A stretch of 64,000 nt of DNA. Origin: Candidatus Borrarchaeum weybense (GTDB lineage Archaea > Asgardarchaeota > Sifarchaeia > Borrarchaeales > Borrarchaeaceae). The notes below the pieces were generated by a model, which worked only from the letters and a program-made list of their open reading frames with translations, did not search any database and was not told where the DNA came from. The stretch spans positions 192,001 to 256,000 of the forward strand of contig JAHQJS010000007.1 in NCBI GenBank assembly GCA_019057385.1. Direction: 5' to 3'. Of the stretch, positions 45,478-55,490 are shown piece by piece. Each line of letters opens with the position of its first letter. Within the stretch, counting starts at the first letter, position 1. Position numbers and translations under genes: made by a program.

Positions 45478-47250
45478 ATGGTCGTGAGAGATCCATTCTG
45501 TGGAATGCCTGTAGATCCCGAAAAATCAAAATTCAAGGTTGAGGTTTGGGGGAAAGTATATTACTTTTGCAACGAGCGTTGTATGCACGGTTTTCTAGAA
45601 GCTCCCAGGATCGCATATTTTTCTATGGAAATTGGTATAAAAAGCGAAATCCCTACTTATAGTGGGGGCTTAGGAGTATTAGCGGGAGATACAATACGCT
45701 CCAGCGCTGATTTAAAAATTCCCTTAGTTGCAGTTACACTAGTTAGTAGGAAGGGGTATCTAAAACAAAGAATTACTGAAAAAGGAGAACAAATAGGATC
45801 TCCCGATGAGTGGAATCCTTCAAAATTTATGAGCTTGCTGCCATCTGATGTAAGGGTACGAATAAAGGGGAGAGATATAGGAATTAGGGCTTGGCTTTAT
45901 GAGCATCAAAGCCTGACGGGCGGTGTAGTCCCAGTAGTGTTCCTTGACACGGATATTGAGAAAAACGCCCCTGAAGACAGAGCAATTACGGACTATCTTT
46001 ACGGAGGTGACGATAAATACCGATTAAAACAAGAAATCGTCCTGGGAATTGGTGGCATAAAGATACTTGAAGCACTAAATTTAAACATAAAGAAATATCA
46101 TATGAACGAGGGTCATTCAAGCCTTCTCACTTTGGAATTGTTAAGAAATAATGGGATGAACCCTGATAAGGTAAGAAATCAATGTGCTTTTACCACTCAT
46201 ACACCAGTTGAAGCAGCATTTGATAAATTCTCTTATGACACCGTTCAAGAATTATTGGAGAGCGAATATCCATTAGAAATTCTGAAGGAATTTGGAGGGC
46301 GGGATAGACTTAATATGACTCTTTTGGCTTTAAATCTAAGTCAGCATGTAAACGGAGTAACTACAGCCCACATGAATTATTCGCAAAAGCTTTTTCCAGG
46401 ATACCATATCAGTGCAATAACTAATGGTGTTTACTCATATTTGTGGACTTGCCAGTATTTTAGAAAACTGTATGATAAGTATATACCGGGTTGGGCGAAT
46501 GAGCCTGAACTTCTCGTGAGGGTTGATCCAATCCCAGATGATGAGTTATGGGATGCTCATTTATTAGCAAAGAATGATCTTTTCAACTTTTGTAAAGAAA
46601 GAACAGATATAGAACTGGATATCGACATATTGACGATAGGATTCGCCAGGAGAGCTACGGAGTACAAGAGAGCCACGTTACTTTTCTCGGATTTGATGCG
46701 ACTAAAAAAAATAAATAAGAGAGGAAAAATACAGTTGATTTTTGCCGGAAAGGCGCACCCTAAGGATTTGGGTGGTAAAATGTTGATTAAAAAAATCTAT
46801 GACTACATGACTCAACTGAAAGATGAGATCACTATCGTGTATCTAGAAAATTACAATATAGACATCGCTACTAAGCTTACCTCTGGAGTTGATGTTTGGT
46901 TAAATACGCCTCTACCTCCCTTTGAGGCGTCTGGGACAAGCGGAATGAAAGCTGCACATAATGGCGTAATGAACTTTAGTGTGTTAGATGGCTGGTGGAT
47001 TGAAGGCTGCATTGAAGGAGTTACTGGTTGGTCTATAGGTCCCCCGCCAGATGAAATTATTGGAGATAAAGAAAGAAGAACCAGAGAATTGGACGATCTT
47101 TATTCCAAACTAGAATATATAATCATTCCTACATTTTATAAAATGAGAGATGAATGGATGGATCTGATGACGAATTCTATTGGAAAGATCGCTTATTACT
47201 TTAACAGCCACCGGATGATGCGAAGATATGTCACAGAAGCGTACCTGTAG
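45478..47250 (+). CDS. glgP: Alpha-glucan (glycogen/maltodextrin) phosphorylase with N-terminal YHS/TRASH domain
   Basis: DPFCGM...YYFCNERC; AYFSMEIG..YSGGLGVLAGD, HMNEGH, GFARRATEYKR, EASGTSGMK (PLP Lys). Confidence 0.93.
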   Translation: MVVRDPFCGMPVDPEKSKFKVEVWGKVYYFCNERCMHGFLEAPRIAYFSMEIGIKSEIPTYSGGLGVLAGDTIRSSADLKIPLVAVTLVSRKGYLKQRITEKGEQIGSPDEWNPSKFMSLLPSDVRVRIKGRDIGIRAWLYEHQSLTGGVVPVVFLDTDIEKNAPEDRAITDYLYGGDDKYRLKQEIVLGIGGIKILEALNLNIKKYHMNEGHSSLLTLELLRNNGMNPDKVRNQCAFTTHTPVEAAFDKFSYDTVQELLESEYPLEILKEFGGRDRLNMTLLALNLSQHVNGVTTAHMNYSQKLFPGYHISAITNGVYSYLWTCQYFRKLYDKYIPGWANEPELLVRVDPIPDDELWDAHLLAKNDLFNFCKERTDIELDIDILTIGFARRATEYKRATLLFSDLMRLKKINKRGKIQLIFAGKAHPKDLGGKMLIKKIYDYMTQLKDEITIVYLENYNIDIATKLTSGVDVWLNTPLPPFEASGTSGMKAAHNGVMNFSVLDGWWIEGCIEGVTGWSIGPPPDEIIGDKERRTRELDDLYSKLEYIIIPTFYKMRDEWMDLMTNSIGKIAYYFNSHRMMRRYVTEAYL

Positions 47251-47332
47251 ATATATCAACTTTTATTTATTTTAAGATTTTGAATGCCCGAAAAGTTGTT
47301 TCTTTGCAACATCAAGTACTTTATTAAGGATC

Positions 47333-48580
47333 TTATTGAAGATCATGATATATTCGAACGGTTTGTTCAGCTACTTTCTTCCACGTAAAGTACTGCAGAA
47401 CTCTTTGACGCCCATTTTCACCCCATATTTTCGCTCTCTCACTATCTTTCAATACTTCTTTGACACCCCATGCGATGTCTGCGGGGTACTCGCCGTTCAC
47501 ATGAATACCATTTTGACTAGGACCCGAAGGTACAATCTGTTCTCGGAAGCCGACGATACCATGGGCTCCAACCACAACAGGCTTCGCCATAGCCATAGCC
47601 TCTAAGCTAACTATGCCGAAAGGCTCATAAACTGATGGAAAAATACAGACATCAGCAGCAGCGTAATGTAGGATTCTTTCGTCTTCAGGTACAAATTCGA
47701 AACGACAAACTAACTTATCATTAATTCCGAGTCGATTTGCCGTCTCAGTGATATCTTTCTGTTCTTCTCCCTTACCTAAAATTACTAGTTTTGTCTGGGG
47801 ATATTCCTTTAATATCATTGGCATAGCCTGAATAAGATTTCTCACTCCTTTAACCCATGTTAGTCGGCCTAAGAAAAAAAGCATATTTTCATTTTCTTTG
47901 ATATCATATTTGCCTCGAATTTTTTCAATAGCCTCTGGAGTATATTTATTAGGGTTGTAACGTTCTGGATCAACACCGTTCCAGACTGAACTTATTTTTG
48001 TTTCAGGCCAGCCATGTCGAATAAGATCATCTCTCATTACATGGCTAACAGTAATTACGCGATCTGCGAACTGGGAAGTCGCTGACTCAAAATGAGAAAC
48101 TACTTCAGAGCCGTGTCCTCCGCTTCTTCCCCACTCAGTGCTGTGAACATGAAATACAACTGGTATGTGTGTTTCGTTTTTAATTATGATGCCAGCAATA
48201 CTGCTTAGCCAATCATGAACGCACACTAAATCGAATTTATAGTCTTCTTTCTTGATTAATTCGTTGATGAATTTGGTTGCACTAAGAATATTATAAATAA
48301 AGATGTCGTTAAAGAATTGGATGTTTGTCCCCCATTTTTTTAAGTCATCGGTGACAAAAATTGGTAAAACATTGCTTGCATCAGCAATTATAGGGCGATG
48401 GACTTCTACACCCTTCAAGATCTCTCTTGTCTTCAAATCGCCTGTATTGAGCGTAAAAACAGAGACATCGTGACCTAACTCAACGAATTCGTGAGTTATG
48501 TATTCTGCATATGTACCTAAACCGCCTACAATTCTCGGTGGATACTCATAAACAAAAAAACCAATTCTTAATGGATTCAC
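47333..48580 (-). CDS. GT4 glycosyltransferase (glycogen synthase-like)
   Basis: EYPPRIVGGLG, HDWL, HVHSTEWGR, GRL..VKG, YEPFGIVSLEAMA. Start is probably the GTG at 48580. Confidence 0.9.
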   Translation of the reverse strand: MNPLRIGFFVYEYPPRIVGGLGTYAEYITHEFVELGHDVSVFTLNTGDLKTREILKGVEVHRPIIADASNVLPIFVTDDLKKWGTNIQFFNDIFIYNILSATKFINELIKKEDYKFDLVCVHDWLSSIAGIIIKNETHIPVVFHVHSTEWGRSGGHGSEVVSHFESATSQFADRVITVSHVMRDDLIRHGWPETKISSVWNGVDPERYNPNKYTPEAIEKIRGKYDIKENENMLFFLGRLTWVKGVRNLIQAMPMILKEYPQTKLVILGKGEEQKDITETANRLGINDKLVCRFEFVPEDERILHYAAADVCIFPSVYEPFGIVSLEAMAMAKPVVVGAHGIVGFREQIVPSGPSQNGIHVNGEYPADIAWGVKEVLKDSERAKIWGENGRQRVLQYFTWKKVAEQTVRIYHDLQ

Positions 48581-48757
48581 CCTCTTACAATTTATATTAT
48601 ACTTAAATGCATATAACATCAACTATTTCCATATTAATAACTGTCTGTGACTGTTAATCACCAGTCACATTCATTTAAAATAACATTTTTCGTTTTTAGA
48701 ACTATGTGTGCTAGCAAAATATGTCTAATGATCTTGAAGTTAAATCCTTTTTAATCG

Positions 48758-50197
48758 GTGAGAACTGTGACCACAATCCAATTTGGAACTGATGGTTGGC
48801 GTGCCATTATAGACCGAGATTTCACACTAACTAACGTAAAAATTGTCGCTCAAGCTATAGCAGATTATATGAAGAATCATAATTTAGATGGAAAAGGAAT
48901 TATAGTAGGATACGACACAAGAAAGGGATCGCAACATTTCGCAGAAGGTGTATGCAGGGTAATGCTTGGCAATGCTATCAGTACATTCGTCACTGAAAGA
49001 GATGCACCTACGCCTGTCACAGCTTTTGAGGTCCTCAACGAAAAAGCAGGCGGCGCAGTGATGATTACCGCTTCACATAATCCACCAGAATGGAATGGCA
49101 TTAAATATATTCCAGACTATGCAGGTCCTGCCTTACCTGATATCACTGAAGAAATTACCAAAAACATTGACCAAGTTCTTAAAGCCAAAACAGTAAAGGA
49201 GACTTCTATCGAGAGAGGAACAAAAAGACATCTTTTCAAATCAACTGATCCCAAGATACCGTATACCGAATTCGTTGAAAAACAGATAGATCTTGCAACT
49301 ATGAAGAAGGCAAAATTGAAAGTTGTTATTGACCCAATGCACGGAACCGCCAGAGGCTACCTAGATTACATCTTGCGCGATTTAGGATGCGAGATCACGA
49401 TAATTCATGATGACCTTGATCCTACTTTTGGAGGCGCACGCCCAGAACCTCTTCCAGAGTTTCTCGTCAGCCTAAAGAGTAAAGTTGTCAGTCTTAAAGC
49501 TGATTTAGGTTTAGCAACGGATGGTGATGCTGATCGATTGGCTGTCTTTGACAGTGATGGTACTTATTTAGCAGCAAATCAACTACTACCTCTTTTATAT
49601 GACTATCTCATCAAGATAGGCAAGAGAGGAGGAGTCGTTCGCAGTGTATCCACAACCCATTTCGTCGATCAAATCGCCAAAAAGCATGGTTTTCCTGTTT
49701 ATGAGGTGCCTGTTGGATTCAAGTATGTAGGACAATATTTACGTGAACAGGATGTTATTATTGGTGCGGAAGAAAGTGGTGGCTTTAGTTTTAAGGGACA
49801 CATATCTGAAAAAGATGGTATTTTTACATGCATTAAAGTAGCGGAAATGAGGGCTAAACTTAGAAAACCTCTCTCACAATTGCTTGACGAAATGCAATCT
49901 GAATATGGATCATTTTATAGTGGAAGAACTGAAATCCAATGTCAAGAAAAGCAAAAACAAGTTGTTATGGAAAGATTATCTTCAACTATTCCTGACAAGA
50001 TTATTGGGATAGCGGTGTCGATGGTGAATCGAATAGATGGGTTAAAGTTAATCTTGGAAGATGGAGGATGGTTGCTCATCCGACCTTCAGGAACTGAATC
50101 CATTCTTAGAATCTATGGAGAAACTAGCACTAAAGAGACTTTAAAAATGCTGCTGAAAGCTGGTAAGAGTCTCGTTTCTAAAGCGCTAAATGAATAA
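48758..50197 (+). CDS. Phosphoglucomutase/phosphomannomutase
   Basis: FGTDGWR, TASHNP, DGDADR, GAEESG, RPSGTE. Confidence 0.95.
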   Translation: MRTVTTIQFGTDGWRAIIDRDFTLTNVKIVAQAIADYMKNHNLDGKGIIVGYDTRKGSQHFAEGVCRVMLGNAISTFVTERDAPTPVTAFEVLNEKAGGAVMITASHNPPEWNGIKYIPDYAGPALPDITEEITKNIDQVLKAKTVKETSIERGTKRHLFKSTDPKIPYTEFVEKQIDLATMKKAKLKVVIDPMHGTARGYLDYILRDLGCEITIIHDDLDPTFGGARPEPLPEFLVSLKSKVVSLKADLGLATDGDADRLAVFDSDGTYLAANQLLPLLYDYLIKIGKRGGVVRSVSTTHFVDQIAKKHGFPVYEVPVGFKYVGQYLREQDVIIGAEESGGFSFKGHISEKDGIFTCIKVAEMRAKLRKPLSQLLDEMQSEYGSFYSGRTEIQCQEKQKQVVMERLSSTIPDKIIGIAVSMVNRIDGLKLILEDGGWLLIRPSGTESILRIYGETSTKETLKMLLKAGKSLVSKALNE

Positions 50198-50518
50198 GCC
50201 TTGGCTCAAATTTGACAACTTGATGAAATCTCAGATTCATTAACTAATTTTCCTTAAGAATAGAGCTACACTCTGCAAAATAAGTAATTCTCTCGTTAAC
50301 AAATTTATAAAAAATCCTTTAAGGAAATTCTACGACAAGAAAGACTAACTAAAAAAAGTAGAGGGTGTATAAAAGAATTTGAAAGTTGATTTGTCTCTTA
50401 TACGCTCTTTCTGATCTCTATTTCAGCGAAGGTTTCTATTCCATTATGTTTTTTCTCAAAATCTTTTTTACCAAACTTTATTAAATCATTTTAGTAGAAA
50501 AGTAAAAGTTCAAAGCAA

Positions 50519-50992
50519 TTATCTACGCAATGTTGATCTTAGTTTATTAGTATCAAGAAACAAGTCTAACGCATACGCTGGGTCAGTAACTAGGATATCT
50601 GCAACATTAATTGTCTTGAACGCTGCACCTTCTCTCCCTATTACAGCAATGCTGATTTTCGCTTCTTCAAGCATTTTGTTATCATTAACGCCATTGCCAA
50701 TAGCTGCGGTATTTTCAACACCTAATTGCAAGATCAGTTCCTTCTTTTCTTCATCTTCTGGTTGTTCTAATTTCAAGTGATAGGTGTCAACTCCTAATTC
50801 TTCTCCTATTTCTTTCAAGTTTCCCCGAGAATCTGACGAAGCAATAATTACTCTGACCTTGTTCTTTAACATCTTTAATTTCGCTTTGACCTCATTACTA
50901 ATCTGCCCTGTCATGGCTAATGTGCCGTTAAGATCGCATATAATTTGTTGAATCATAATTTTTTCCATGCCTGGTATTTCAATTACAATCAT
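50519..50992 (-). CDS. HAD-family soluble P-type ATPase-like protein
   Basis: DLNGTLA, SSD, K, IGNGVND, LRSTLR. Confidence 0.88.
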   Translation of the reverse strand: MIVIEIPGMEKIMIQQIICDLNGTLAMTGQISNEVKAKLKMLKNKVRVIIASSDSRGNLKEIGEELGVDTYHLKLEQPEDEEKKELILQLGVENTAAIGNGVNDNKMLEEAKISIAVIGREGAAFKTINVADILVTDPAYALDLFLDTNKLRSTLRR

Positions 50993-51614
50993 TTGTTTTT
51001 CCCGCTTCAGTTATTCATCTTTAATATATCATTTTTTTACAAAATTCCATAATGTTTCAAACAAAATCAAGAAGTGTAAGACAATCCGCATTTTTTTTGT
51101 GAATTATATGATTCCAAAATTAGTAAAATATCTTTTAACACCTCTATTTAACTATAGTTGCTGTGTAATCGCGTTTTTATAATATTTTGTTACTGTTACA
51201 TAACAGACACATATAATTAAGAATTTAATTCTGCATTGTCCATTTATACATTTCGAATTACGAAACTAACTGGAAGATGCTATGCAATAGACGCTTTTGA
51301 AAATATAAATGCACTAAATCTATTGAAGGCATATAAAGTGGATACTGATAGTGGGGATTATGAATTAAGAAGGACAATAGTGATCATAATAGTTTTATTA
51401 TTATTTATAGCGTTTGCCTTGGTTCATGGATAATATAAAACACAGAATAACTTAATATTGTCTATTTTATGCGCTAACGCAAATGAAGTGAATGACGTAC
51501 TTCAAAGTTGAGTTACATAATTTTAAATGGAGGATTTGTCAGTAAACGAAACACAAATAATTTTCTATTCTATTTCTGGACATATTTTTTGAGGGTAAAA
51601 TCATTTGAAGGAGC

Positions 51615-53090
51615 ATGGGTTTTATGACACTCACTCAACAAGAATCTGAAAGGCATTTTTTTATTGATACTGAAACTACACCTGGATACTTGCGCCATCT
51701 TCCAGAATTTCTTGAAAATTATTACGTTCTACAACACAAAGAGTTTCGCGCCGTTAAATATATGCGCAAATTTCAAATTGATAAACGATACTATCTTATT
51801 TTTAGGGTATTTGTACCAAAATCATCTGATTATGTTGACGTAACGGTAGAGACTAGTACAGAAGTAGGTCATCCAATTCATGTGATAATGAATCTTAGTC
51901 GGCCCACAATTTCCTATACGTTTTTACAAAGAATTTATGATGACCTTCTCATTAATGTCCAATTCTTCGAAGAATATGCCAGACAATTCACGCTTTATTT
52001 AGCATTTATTCCAGGGCAAAAAGTTACAGAAGAACGATATGGGCGGAACATCTTTCAGAAGTTATTTACCGATTCGATGGTTAATATATTCATATTTTTT
52101 ATCCCCATTGCTTTTATAGCATTTGCACTGCTTGGCCCATTAATCGCCCCAATCGTTATCGTAGCGGCAGAATTAGTTATAATTGCATTTGCTGGAAAAT
52201 TAATCGCAGTAACTTCAGATTGGAAAATTACGAAAGATCGCCCTGAAGTTACAATACTTGAATATACCTTGACGGAAGAGGAAGCGATTATTTTAAGAAA
52301 AAGACACAAAAAAGCACTTCCTAAAATTAGAAAGGAAATTTATGACAAAACGTTAGCAGTAGGCGAGCCAATAAGTTGTGAGGTCGCTCACGACGTTTTC
52401 CAGAAATACGAAATAGAGTGTACTCCCGCATATTTCTCTATCAAGACGATAAATCTATATAATCTTGTCAACTCTGCGGCAAAAAAGTTCAATTTATCAA
52501 TTCCAACGATAGTCGTAAGTAATGTATTAGCAGCTAATGCGGCAGCTACTGGTCTTAATTCAAGAATTGGGACTATGTTAGTAACTACGGGCGCTTTAGT
52601 CCAATTAGAAGAGGATGACCTTCTTCAGGTTGTTGGTCACGAATTAAGCCACCTTAAGGGGCACGATCCAGTCATTATATTTTTACTTGTGTCTCTAGAA
52701 TATTTGGGACGGATATATATAGTAACGTTCATTCCACAACTCGCAAATGTAATTCAGAGTTTGTCCTTGCTTTACTATATCGTGCTTATTGGAACGATCT
52801 TTTTTGTGGGCAAATTTTTTGAGGCAAAGTGCGATTTAGAAAGTGCAATATACTTGAAAGATCCAAAACTTTTGGCAAATGCTTTGAGAAAAATAGGATT
52901 TAGGCAGTTGGTTCATAAGGGGAGAGTCTCGTTTTCTCTATTGGGCTGGCTTCGATTAGATCCTCATCCACCGATTGGTTGGCGCATTAGACGATTGGAT
53001 GAGATTGAGGATCCTAGTCGGATAAAGCATCCCTTCCTAAAATCAGCCTTTGACTGTATAAAGGGATTTTTCTCATCATTTATCCCATAA
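51615..53090 (+). CDS. M48/HtpX-family membrane zinc metalloprotease with long N-terminal extension
   Basis: ANAAATG, LVTTG, GHELSH (HExxH), EAKCD, LANALRKI, DPHPP..RI. Confidence 0.88.
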   Translation: MGFMTLTQQESERHFFIDTETTPGYLRHLPEFLENYYVLQHKEFRAVKYMRKFQIDKRYYLIFRVFVPKSSDYVDVTVETSTEVGHPIHVIMNLSRPTISYTFLQRIYDDLLINVQFFEEYARQFTLYLAFIPGQKVTEERYGRNIFQKLFTDSMVNIFIFFIPIAFIAFALLGPLIAPIVIVAAELVIIAFAGKLIAVTSDWKITKDRPEVTILEYTLTEEEAIILRKRHKKALPKIRKEIYDKTLAVGEPISCEVAHDVFQKYEIECTPAYFSIKTINLYNLVNSAAKKFNLSIPTIVVSNVLAANAAATGLNSRIGTMLVTTGALVQLEEDDLLQVVGHELSHLKGHDPVIIFLLVSLEYLGRIYIVTFIPQLANVIQSLSLLYYIVLIGTIFFVGKFFEAKCDLESAIYLKDPKLLANALRKIGFRQLVHKGRVSFSLLGWLRLDPHPPIGWRIRRLDEIEDPSRIKHPFLKSAFDCIKGFFSSFIP

Positions 53091-53158
53091 TTTTTGGCAA
53101 GTAAAAGCCTTATATTTACTTACTTTAACGCTATTCAGACTCTGGGTGGATAGACCGG

Positions 53159-53186
53159 TGTTAATAGTTGTTAATAGTTGTTAATA
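53159..53186. repeat. 10-bp tandem repeat (TGTTAATAGT x2.8)
   Basis: tgttaatagt-tgttaatagt-tgttaata, 35 nt upstream of the ATG at 53221. Confidence 0.85.
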
Positions 53187-53220
53187 TCTGTCTATAATGA
53201 AAGGAACGGTCGGATTATAG

Positions 53221-53763
53221 ATGAAAACTGAAAAAGCAAACAATTCAAAATTAACAAGACTTTTGCTCATCCGTCATGGAAAAACAGAGGAAAACTGGCA
53301 AGGAGAGTATCGCTTACCACCTGGTCCTCCTCTCTCGCTTGAAGGACGAACACAAATAATCGCTCTCAAAAACAAACTAATGAAGTTTCCGGCTGATAAA
53401 ATATATGTTTCTCCGTACAAGAGGACAGAAGAAACTGCGGAATTACTAACAAATAAATTCAGTAAAATAATCGTAGATGAACGATTAGATGAAAAAACAT
53501 ATGATAAGAGTTTTGAGAAAGTAAAAAAAAGAGTTTCTAAATGGCTTAAAGAACATATAAAATACGATAGAAGCACAATTTGGGCAGTATCACACGGTTT
53601 CCCGATTAATGCGATAATTCTGTTGGTTTCCCCGAGTGATTTCGAAGGAAAGAGCACAGAAGATGAACATTCACATGTTCCTAGAGGTGGCGTGTGGATC
53701 ATGGAATGGGAGGACAAGACACTCACCAGAAGCGAGTTGTTAATAGGAAAAGAATACGTCTGA
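53221..53763 (+). CDS. Histidine phosphatase (phosphoglycerate mutase-like) family
   Basis: LIRHG, SPYKRTEETA, DERLDE, VSHG. Confidence 0.88.
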   Translation: MKTEKANNSKLTRLLLIRHGKTEENWQGEYRLPPGPPLSLEGRTQIIALKNKLMKFPADKIYVSPYKRTEETAELLTNKFSKIIVDERLDEKTYDKSFEKVKKRVSKWLKEHIKYDRSTIWAVSHGFPINAIILLVSPSDFEGKSTEDEHSHVPRGGVWIMEWEDKTLTRSELLIGKEYV

Positions 53764-53946
53764 GCTAAAATTGATTCTATTTCTCTTAAAACATCACTGT
53801 TATTATGAGAAATGATGTGTCTAAAGAAAACTTTCTTTCATAGCCAGATAGTGTAGAAAAAAACCGCTACTTCGTCCTGTACATATAGTAATTGTGGATA
53901 TATCTCTTAAGTGAAGCAGAAAGTCCCTTATGTAAAAAAAGCGGAG

Positions 53947-55479
53947 TTATCCAAGAAGATTACTTGCAGCACGTAGAGTAAAGTCTATAAATGGGCCTGG
54001 GTATACTCCCAGAATAACAATAAAGATGGCAAAAAGGACAATAACAAGCTTCATTAGCCCACTATTCTTAAAATTCATATTGTCGAAGCCTTGAACATAT
54101 TTTTCCTCCATAGTTGATTTATCCATGACAATAAATTTAATGATCCATAGGTAACCGGCTGCTGCAAAAAAAGTAAATACTAGCATACTCCAACCAGCAA
54201 TTATGCCGATGGGACTGCCATTTTCGAACAGACCTAGGATAATTTGCAATTCTGACCAGAAACCACCGGTGAAAGGTATCGCAGCTAGTGAAAAAAGACC
54301 AATCACCAAGCATGATCCAATAACTGGGTCTCGTCTTCCAAGTCCTTTGTAGTGATCAAGGGAGTGCGAACCCGTTGAAAAAATGAGATATCCGGCAATC
54401 ATAAACAACAAACTTTTTGCAATAGCATGGTTGAGGGCATGTAATAGGACCCCGCTTAACCCCATAATATTTGCAGCACCAAGGCCTGTGATAAGGTAGC
54501 CCATATGTGTGATCGTGGAAAATGCTAAAATGCGTTTGAAATTTCGTGCGTGTGAATCTGATCTCTTGAATTGGATGAGAACAAAAAGATTTCCTTGTAA
54601 TGAGGTAATAATGCCAACAGACATCAATAGATTGCCCCAGCTACCGCCAATACTGATGTTTAACGGAATGATAAGTAGTGTAAATGTTCTTAATATACCA
54701 TACGTCCCTGCAATGACAACAACTCCTGATAGCATCGCGCTTGCAGGTGCAGGTGCGGCCGGATGAGCATCCGGAAGCCAAGTATTAAGGAAAAACATTG
54801 ACCCAGTGACACCAAATCCTACGATCATCAAAATGAGTGTCACTGAGGTCATAGGATTATTTTGCAGGGTTGCTGTTTCAAAATAAACAAAATCTAGCCT
54901 ACTGGTTGCTCCATACAGTAGAGCTAATCCAAAAAGAATTAACATGTTCCCCGTTGAGCTCATCACTAAGTACTTAAACCCTGCTTCTGACGATTCTTTG
55001 CTACGATAATAACTAACCATACTATAACTACCTAGAACCATTCCTTCATATGCGATAAACAAGGTGAAAAAATCAACTGCCAATACTACCAGATTAAGAC
55101 CGGTTATTACTGCAAACAACAAAGCATAGAAATATGCTAAGTCTTCATAGGCATCCATAAAATTTATGCAATAAATGTTAACCGCAAAATGGATCAATGT
55201 AAAGATTAGTATAAAAAAGAGAGAGGTCATATCTGCCTGTAAGACAAGGAAAGACGTCTCTTTAAAGAATTTTTCTCCTGTTGTTAAAATTGAAGTGCTA
55301 AACAGAATGGCTAATGAAATATTAATTGATGCTCCAATAAACGCAATGGCGTGTACTAACTTTTTTTTCAACCAGGAAGTCTTTAGTAGTCTTTCTATGA
55401 ACATAAGAAGAAAAGAGCTTAGAAGAGGGACAAAAACGAAGGAGAGCAATGATATATTAAACCCTATAATTTCAATCAT
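53947..55479 (-). CDS. Proton-translocating antiporter-like subunit (NuoN/M, MrpD/MbhH-like) of the hydrogenase complex
   Basis: EAGFKY, WLPDAHPAAPAPASAMLSG, KRILAFSTITHMGY, NHAIAKSLLF. Start placed at ATG 55479 (GGTGA RBS). Confidence 0.9.
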   Translation of the reverse strand: MIEIIGFNISLLSFVFVPLLSSFLLMFIERLLKTSWLKKKLVHAIAFIGASINISLAILFSTSILTTGEKFFKETSFLVLQADMTSLFFILIFTLIHFAVNIYCINFMDAYEDLAYFYALLFAVITGLNLVVLAVDFFTLFIAYEGMVLGSYSMVSYYRSKESSEAGFKYLVMSSTGNMLILFGLALLYGATSRLDFVYFETATLQNNPMTSVTLILMIVGFGVTGSMFFLNTWLPDAHPAAPAPASAMLSGVVVIAGTYGILRTFTLLIIPLNISIGGSWGNLLMSVGIITSLQGNLFVLIQFKRSDSHARNFKRILAFSTITHMGYLITGLGAANIMGLSGVLLHALNHAIAKSLLFMIAGYLIFSTGSHSLDHYKGLGRRDPVIGSCLVIGLFSLAAIPFTGGFWSELQIILGLFENGSPIGIIAGWSMLVFTFFAAAGYLWIIKFIVMDKSTMEEKYVQGFDNMNFKNSGLMKLVIVLFAIFIVILGVYPGPFIDFTLRAASNLLG

Positions 55480-55490
55480 AATATTATCAC

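Noticed and set aside
51236-51433. 65-aa ORF ending in a signal-peptide-like hydrophobic stretch
   Set aside because: TTG start without RBS and stops soon after the hydrophobic segment. Possibly a remnant of a secreted-protein gene, but not supportable.
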